Assembly: GCA_964539135.1 (NCBI GenBank) | Contig: CAZIFG010000005.1 | Span: forward strand, 2,335-66,334 | Source: an uncultured Rickettsiales bacterium | GTDB lineage: Bacteria; Margulisbacteria; Marinamargulisbacteria; GCA-2716485; CAZIFG01 | Direction: 5' to 3' | Length of the DNA stretch: 64,000 nt | Shown here: piece by piece, positions 40,601 through 49,600 of the stretch | Layout: the number at the start of each line of letters is the position of its first letter | How positions within the stretch are numbered: the stretch's first letter is position 1 | Translations under genes and position numbers: made by a program | The notes under the pieces: model-generated | The model's input: the letters and a program-made list of their open reading frames with translations, nothing else | What the model was told of the DNA's origin: nothing | The model's database searches: none

Positions 40601-43600
40601 ATCCAGAAGAAGCACTTTATTCGCAATCTCCAGAGCGAATTTACGAACAACATCCCGATTGATAGGCCCATCTAGCTTTTTGAGGAACTCTGCAAGTTCT
40701 TGAGCCGCTGCAGCAGGATCTGTAGAAAGCTTGTCTTTAATCGCATCTAAAAATTGATCTCTAACAGCCTTTAAATCGGTAAGATTGGGATCTTCAGGGG
40801 CGGCCGTTTCTGGATCTATAAGCACCCGGAGCGCAGGCTCTGTTAATTTAGCAGCTTTAGAGAGAATATCGGTCTTGTCCTTAAGTTCTTTAACCGCTAA
40901 AACAGCGGTGGCGCGAGACGCTTCCTGACCTTTAAGGTGAGCTTTAAAGTCAACAAGATGGGCTAAAAGCTTGGCATTGGCACCTGGTTTAGATAAGTCT
41001 GCAATAAGTGCATCTAAAAGCCCATTACCACTATCCGCCAATTTTTTAACAAGGGCTTGAGGCTTTGTAGAATCATTAAAGTTAGCAATAAGATTAGCCC
41101 CATCGGAATCAGCTTCAAGGAAGGATTGCACGAAGGTTTTATCACTAAAAATATCAGATTGGTGGATACGATCGGAAAAATTTTGTCTGGCAATCAAAGC
41201 GTCATTTGCATTATGATCAGCCTCTCGTATGACAGAGCCCTTGGCACCTTTATTAAGCCCAAACAAAGAAAAGGAAAATTTAGAGGAGCCAGCAAAGGTT
41301 CTTTTCAGCATGGTCCATCCTGCTGTACCTGCAGCGCCAAGCCAAGATTTACCTCTTAGATCCACAGATTTCGACGTGGGCGAAATAAAGCTTTGAGTGC
41401 CATTTTCAGCGGTAGACTCTTCAAGAGCTTTAAGGACAAAATTACGAGTTTCAGAGTCGTCTTTACCACTATCAATTTTCCCAATAGCCTTAGTCAGCAT
41501 AGAAAGCAAGTGTTTATTACGATCACGGCTGAGTTCATAAAACAAATGACGGAGCACACGCGCTTGGACCTGATTTTGTGGATCCGCAAAAGCCTGTAAA
41601 TAAGCCGCTGTTTTTTGAATAGCAGCGGTTTGTTCGGGCGAACCATCTTCTGCCAAGTAAGCCTGTGTCAAAAGAGAGTTAAGTTGAACCCCAGCGCCAG
41701 ACTCTGCATGTTGAAGAAGGGCGTAGCCAGAGTCGAATTGACTAAGAGTAGTCAAGTTTTGAGAAGTAAGCTTACCCTGAGCAGCTGCAACGCCCTCGGG
41801 GCTACCATCTAATAAACGAGTGCCAGAAAGCCCTTGAACCAAGTCTCTATTGGCCGCAGCTTCTCGCATTTGGAGCATTTCTGTTTTTTTGGAATTGAAC
41901 ATAGCATCTTCTGGGAAAAGGAGTTTCAATTGAGCCTCTTCGTCTGCACTTAATGTTTTAGAGGCATAAAGCTTAGTTGTAAGACTAGTAGAGGCATCTG
42001 TAGGATTAGAAGCAGATTTTTGAATCAATGTAGCTCTATCTAAACTGGATGTTAAAATAGCCCGCGCTTTAAGGGCAGAAGACTCAAACAGAATGTCTCG
42101 AATTTTATCAAGATGCGCTTTTTGTGTGGGATCAGGGTTAGCTTCGTAAGCCTTCTTGAGTGCATCTAAAATGGCGACATGCCGTGCTTCAGAGGTCGCG
42201 CTATCGTTAAAGGTGGTTTCTCCGGCATCTGCAGATTCTTGAAGCATGGTCTGCATCTTCTGAAGAGTGTCATCATCTGCAAGTTTAGGAGAGCGAGGAC
42301 CAAGGGATTCCGGCCCACGCATTGCCTTAATGGCATTCAGTGCTTTGATATGATTCCGTTGCATAACCCCAAGGGCGACCTGTTGACGGCGTGTCAGACG
42401 AACCCCATCCAAGTCTGTTGCTTTGTCTAAAGCCAAAATGGCTTTATCCTGCTGCTCCAAGCGTGTGGAATCCCTATCCGCAACAACATCTAAATCAGGG
42501 TTTAGCGCCTGTTCCAGGCTGGCTTCAGTCAATTTACGAGATTTATCGGCTTCTAAACGGTGTTCCGCGCGGATCTCTTCAAATGTCGTGGCTTTTTTCT
42601 TGGAAAGTTTAGGATCTTTGGCATCGCCCAAAGTATCCAAAGCTTCGCCCAAGGAATAGCCGCGTAATTTTCGAATCTTACCGTGGTCTCGAATGTCTCT
42701 ATTTAAAAAGGACAGGGAATCTGAAACATCATTTCGAAACCCAATCATATGAAAAAACTGGAAGATTTTAATTAAAAGCAGCGCAAGAAGCTCAATGGCA
42801 ATAATACCCGCCGTTAAGGCCCCATCTCCAATCGCAAGCCCAAAAGTTTTAAGCTTACTTTTAGCAACCTCAGCTTCTTTGGGTAAGGCATCTCGTTTGG
42901 CTTGAATCACTTTATCAAATTCAGCACGTGCTTCTGCGACTGTAGTGGGTTTTGCATCAGAGCCTAAGCTTTCAAGTGTGCCCTTGAATTTTTCTAATTT
43001 CTCGTCCTCACTAAGCTTAGAAAGCGCCTTCTCAGAATGGTTGGCAACAACAGTATCCAAGGTATCCTTTTTTTCAGTGATCTCAGCACGGTTCAGTTTT
43101 TCATTGCGTTTGCCTTCTTGTTTAAGCTGCTTAAAGGTAGAACGAAGAGAATCGGTATCCAAAAGCAACTTTTCTTTAGAATAGGCACGCGAAAGTGCTT
43201 TTTGGATCACCTTGCGATCCGCATTTGTAAGGGGGGTGGTATTGCCTTGCAAAAACTTATCAATATCCGAAACCGAAAGCGGGAATTTTGTATTTGCGAA
43301 CTGAGACTTGGCAGATCGAGAAAACATACTAAGAAATCTGGAAATGAAGTTTGGAAAGATTTTGTTTTTAACACTATCTCTAGCGGCCTTAAGTATTTTT
43401 AATTCAGCAGTAGAGTCCTCTTTAGCTTTTTCTAGGGCTGTTGACGCATCCTGGAAACTAACCTCAGAGGCCTTTTCTAGGGCCTTAGCAGCGGCAGCAC
43501 TCTTTGCTTGCAGTGCAGTATTGGAGGGGTCAGATGCAGCTGCTTCAGCAGCTTTTGTATAGGCTTCAGTCGCAGCTGAAACACGTTTTTTAAAATCGGC

Positions 43601-46600
43601 ATGATCTTTAGCTAGCGCTTCTAAGCGAGCACTTGCATAACGCGTGGGGGCATCGGGTTCAGACGCAAAATCAACACCTACAAAGCCAAATGCGCGTTGA
43701 ATCCGTGCCTGTGCAGAAGTGGGAAGTACATTAAGAACGGCGGCAGTAGGCCGTTTGCTAAAGAAGCGTTTCTCGTCTCCAATGAGATAGGCTTCTTTAA
43801 GTTTAGGGTCTTTTTCAAGCTTTTTAAGAAAGGCATTTGCGGTATCGGTGCTTTCCATCGCCAATGGCTCAATAGTCTTATAATGGCCTTGCCAAGGAGT
43901 ATTGACGGAGATGGAATCTCGTAGATGCATATTAAAGAGACGATTGATGAGACCCGTTGGAAGATGAAGTGTAAAAAGATGCCCTTCCATAAGGGACTTT
44001 TTCATCTTCGCATAGAAAGCGGCTTTAAGAGATCTTAACCCATCGGCAACAGCGGCAATATCTTCTTTATCTTCCTGAAGATACAGGTTCAAAACTTGTA
44101 AGTTTCCTTTTGTAATACCCGCTGAAAGAATGGCATTTTCAAGGCCTGAAATACCCGCAAAGTCAATGCCATTCGTAAAATCAGAGCTTGGGAAGACAGA
44201 GTCTTCAGCAGCGCCAGCATAAGGGTCCAGAGTGTCCGTTTCTCCCATTCGTTCTAAGTCTGTACTATTAATATCAAAATTGTCCGACAAACCAGTAAGT
44301 TGGGCAAGGTGGGCAATACCTTGTGCCGCAGCATCAAAAAGCCTCAGGGCAATATAAGGGCTGGCATGACCCAACATTTTAAGAAATCCTCGCGCCAGTT
44401 GAGTCCTAGCGGAGTTATTAGAGCCAACAGTACGTTTAAGATCACGGTGCTGAGTGGAATCATAAGTGGCGCCCAAACCTGTAGCTGCAGACCCTCGCTC
44501 ATTGATTGCAATGGCCGACTCTAGGGCTTTTTTTTGAGCGCCTAGAGCTTTTTTATCCTTTAGACCTTGAATTTTTTTATCTTGTTTTGCAAGGGCATCA
44601 GCGTGGTTTTGTCTTTTTTTTGTAAGAGCCTTTTCTTTGCTATCTATTTTCTTTTGAATTTCCGTCTGTTTTGCAGTATCGGTCTCTTTAGCTTTCTTTT
44701 CTTTTAATTCTTTTATCTTTTTTTCATCGCTCTGGGTGGATTCTTTTTGCTTAAGTACGGTCTTGGCTCTGTCTTTTTCAAGTGCTTCAATTCGCCCACC
44801 CTTAAAACGCTTTAGTAATGTTTCAGTCGCCTGTTTAAGAAGTGCCGTCGTGGCGGTAACAGCTCCTTTTTTAACACGGTCTAGTGCTTCATTTCGGGCA
44901 TCCACTGTATTTTGAAGTTTACGAAAAATTAAATCCAAAACGCGGGCATCATTTTGTTCATACGCGCCAACAATACTGCTTAATCGACCTGTAGAGCCTG
45001 CAGACCGACCCGAAAGATCGGCAATGGCATTTAACTCGGCAGATTGAAGGGCTAAAAACACCTTAGTAAGGACTTTCATTTGTCTGAATTGACGCTTCAG
45101 TTTCATGTTGGCCTTGGCTTTAAGCGCAGGGTTTAAAATGAAACGACCCCGACCTGAAAAGCGAATGGCTTTTTTCTCATTAAGGCCATAGAATTGATTT
45201 TGGGTTCCAGTATTTTGGCTATTCTGATTAATTTGAGTACGAAGTTTACCGCTAGTAACTTGAGAAGCGGTGCTAGATCCAAACGCAGCTAAAGAAAAAT
45301 TAATGCTGTTAAGGCGTTCCTTTTCGCTTTGTGTGAGGCCCCCTGCATTAGCCTTATTTTCTAAATCTCTTTTTTCAGCTCTTAAGGCCTCCGCTTCTTG
45401 TGCTTTTTCATCTGAATTGCCAATGGTGGCATTTGTAATCGCCTTTAAGGAATCCTCATTAAGTGGCGGTTTTGTATTAATGGAACTAATTTGAATGATC
45501 CCGATTAAAAATTCAGAAATAGCGCGTGTTGTCGCCATAACACTGGGGATTTTGACGAGTTTTCGGAGTGCTGCACGGGTCATAGAAGGTTTCGCAACAC
45601 GATCTAAGAGCTTAGCGGCCCCTAAAAGAATGCTGGCAACCATAAAGCCAACACCCGTAACCCAGGCATCGAGCACATATTTTTCATAAGCATTTTTAGA
45701 GGCAACGCGATTGTTTAACTCTTCAACCAGAGAATCCATAATCGCGGTTTGTTTGCTATTATAAATATCAGCCATAGACGCAGCGGTATTAATAGCCCCA
45801 ATAGAACTTTGCATGCCAGAAAAACGAGCTACTTCTTGGTTTAGGGCATCCCAATAACTTTGAAGCACCATCAAATAAATACTGCGATTAGCAGACACAG
45901 TGGTCAGTTTTTGTTGAACCTCTGTTACGGTATTAAAATCAACCTGTTGAAATTTCATAGTGGTGAATCGTTTTTCAAGCGGCACATCACCTTTTTTAAT
46001 GAGCGTTAGCAAGGCATCTTTTTCAAGCTCTGTTTGATGAAAGAAGGGGGCTAAAAGACGATTTTTATGCGTCGTTTCAGACAATATATGAGCATTTTTT
46101 TCATCTGAGGTACGTGATGTTCGAAGAATACGGGTATCTTTTGAGGGATCATCTAAATCAGCACGATTGGGAAGAAATTGACGAAGATCCGCAGTGTAAG
46201 CCCCACCTTCTGCAATTTTAGTATTTAAGGCCGATCCTGCAGGTTTATTAAAGAGGTCTGTTTGTCCATCTCGAATAGGTTGATCAGTATAGCCAGCCCC
46301 CCCTACAAGAGAGTCCCCTCTGTTCGCGACAGTGTTAATATTAGCTTCTCTATCCCCCACATTGCCATCTCGATGATACGATGCCAAATACCCTAAATAA
46401 GGGCCCCTTGCTAATTTTCGGTAGTAATCCGCCATTTCAATCGCAAGATCAAAGGCGTCAAATGCCTCTAGGCCGGGGTCTTTACCCAATTCTTTTTCAG
46501 GGTAGATGGCAGCTTCTGGGCCTGTATTTTTGACAAGTAGACGAGGTCTGTAGCGAATAAGAGACCCTGAGGCCTTGGCATTTGCTTTTTCTGCCTCAAA

Positions 46601-49600
46601 ATCCAGTTCAAAAATAGTGCGGTCTTTTTCTAGGTTTTGGTTCCAAGAGGAAAAAAGGGCCCCTTGAATTTCACGGGATAAATCATTTCCTAAATCATTT
46701 TCAAGGCCAACAACAACGCCAATGGCATCAAAAGATCCCGCTTGTTGATAGCCGGCGTAGCCACGCTTGGATCTTTCCGCAAAAAGAGCAATAGCCGAAT
46801 CTAAAGCATCTAAAATAGCGCGAAGGATAAGCAATCTAAATTCAATGGCCAATTGAAGTGTAACGGTGTTTTGGTGCTTAACAGCAGCAAGAAGACCATT
46901 GTACGTGAGAAGGCCATCTCCACGTTCTTCAATAAAGCTAAGTCCATATCCAGAAGGGGCATTAGGGTTAGAGCTATTAGGCTCGCCAGGTACCCCTTTA
47001 ACTTGATAAGAGGCATATCCATTATGAAAGGTTTGGGTTTTATCGCCTGAAAATTCTTTTCGTTGCTTCAATCGAAGCAGCATTAAGTCATTAGAAAGGG
47101 CGTCGACAAAGCCAATCGCTGTGGAAGAAGCGGTAGGGGCGGGGCTATCATCCCTGGGGAGAAGCGTATCCGAAAAGCCGCGTGGTATGTCAAGAGAAAA
47201 TGAGCCATACAGATGATTTGGGTCCGTTACAGGTTGTTGTGAACTAAGAAAATCTTCATATTTCTCAATATTTGAATAGCTATATCGAGAGCCATGGCCA
47301 GGTTCAAAGGTAAATCCATCTTCACGGTAGGCAGAGCGTGCCGCGGCGCCATAAGGATCTTTAGACTGTTGCAAAATGCCAGGGTTTCGATATTCAATGA
47401 TTCCTTTTTCAAGGTGATACTCTAATTTTTTTTGGATAGCGGTAATATAATGTCCAGGGGTGAAGGTCAAAAGATCCATCATAAAATTAAAGTTAGAAAG
47501 TGGTACGTTGAAAATGCCAGCCGGTGGACGATCTGGGTCATAAAACCATACTTTCCCGGCATCTAATTGGGCATTGAATCCCAAAACATTGGCAAGATGA
47601 AGACCTGTATCGGTTGCAAGCTTAGCTTCAGCAGCGGCCTTAGAGGTGGCATCTGGGGCAGTAGCTGCCGCTACCCGATCCGCGGGTAATGTAATGTCCT
47701 GATCAATATGCCACTTTTTAAGGGCAGCATAGAGGGGAGCCCCTAAATAATTTGTTGTAACAGCCGTAGCTGTAATTTTAAGCGCAGATTGAATCGCCAA
47801 TCCTGTACTTCGAATCAGTTGAGTCCAATAGGCCTTATAATAACTGGCGCGTGAGGTAATCAGGGCATTGACCGAATCGGTAAGCATATTAATAGAATGA
47901 TGGGTTTCTTCAAAGGCTTGTTTTTGAGCTTGAAGCTCATTACCCATAAAGGCTTTGGTTCGATTTAAAAGCTGCGTAACGTAGTTATTAGGTTGAGACG
48001 CATTAAACTCTGCTGTAGCCTGTAAAATGGCTTCTAATTGGGCAACCAGGACGAGCTGTGTTGTATGGGCAAACAGTTGAAAACTCACCAAGTTTTGGCG
48101 GAATTCCACTTCTCTTTCCATATTTAAATCCACAAAAACAGGAGCGTGTGTGCTATCTAAAGTCCCGTAACGTTCTATTTGAGAATAAATTTCAAACCCT
48201 GTTTTAACGGTAGTAATAGCCCCTGCAACACCCAAAAGCGTTGTGGAGGCAAAAGAAGACCCTACCTGAATCGCAGTTCTCGCAGCGGCTAATCCCAGAG
48301 CCGCGGTGAGAGCTTCTTTAATATTAACGTCTGGGGGACGAGAAAAAGTAGCTGTTTGACTGGCATCTGCCCCATGAAATAAAGGCGATGTTTCGGTATT
48401 TTCCAAATGGTTAAGATCAATAGAAAAACGGCCTAAACTCTGACCAATTTTGTAGACACTTCCTCTGGAGCTAGGATCAAAGGATTCATTGGCTTTAGTC
48501 ATAAGGCTATTGATAGCAGTTTTGGTAGAGGCCATATATTCTTCAATATGGTCTTTAGAAAAATGAATGCCTTGGGCGGCATTGATTTCTTTGGTGCTAT
48601 AAAAAATGTCATACATAGTGCGACTTGTAGAACTCGAAGAAGAGGGGGGAGAGGTATCATCGGAGGAGCCCCCAATAGTACTAGTACGGGGGCCTTGAAT
48701 GCGAGATAAAAGGCCGGTATTAACAAATTCGGTGGTGGGATCTTTTCTTAAAAGTGAAATACCCCCAACGCGATAAGGTTCGCCTGTAGAAGGGTCAGGA
48801 AACAGTCTACCTGTTGTAATTCGTTTAAAATATTCATTTCGGGCAAGGGTATTTTCTGCAGTGACTTGAAGTTGAAGCTGATTGATATAGTGTTTGGCCT
48901 GCGCTCGAATATAAGAAATAGAGCCTGTAAGTTCATCAAATATAGAGGGGGCAGCACCGCGAAGGGTGGATAAAATATAGGTTGTAACAGCACTGGCATT
49001 GGAGTCCGCATTGCCCGCTTCCGCAGCATTGCTCATATCAAATTCTTGAAGCCATTGATCGATATTAAAGAGTTTAGTTTGAAAGGTGACATCGTTGGTT
49101 TCTGAAATATAGGTAAACATTTGATCGGAGAGTTCGTTGAGTCCTTGAGCAATAGAGTCCACAATGCCCTGCAAGGCATCCATCCCTATTTTAAGAGTCG
49201 ATTTATCTCCACTCTCTTTAAGCGCGCGTTTTTCAGCATCAGATACAGATTCCAGTTTAAACGCTTCGCTGGCCTTACCCACTTCGTCATAAACGGCTAA
49301 AATAGCAGTAGCAAAGACAGTTAAATCCTGAGTTTGGAGACGAAGTTTAGCAATAAAATCATAAAATCCTTCTGGGTTAATAGAAACGGAATGGATGTCA
49401 GTTAATCCGGCAATAGAATCATTTGCGCTAAAACTAAGGACATTTCCAATGGCTTGGGCAGCTTCTGAGCTTTGATCTCGAAGTTCAAAACGCGGGTGAA
49501 TATTAACGTCAAAAAAAGGATAAGGCTTTGGATCTGTGGCTGAGGCAGAAGTACCTGATCCCGGACTTGGATTGGCCGTAATGACTTTGGTGCCATCCGG

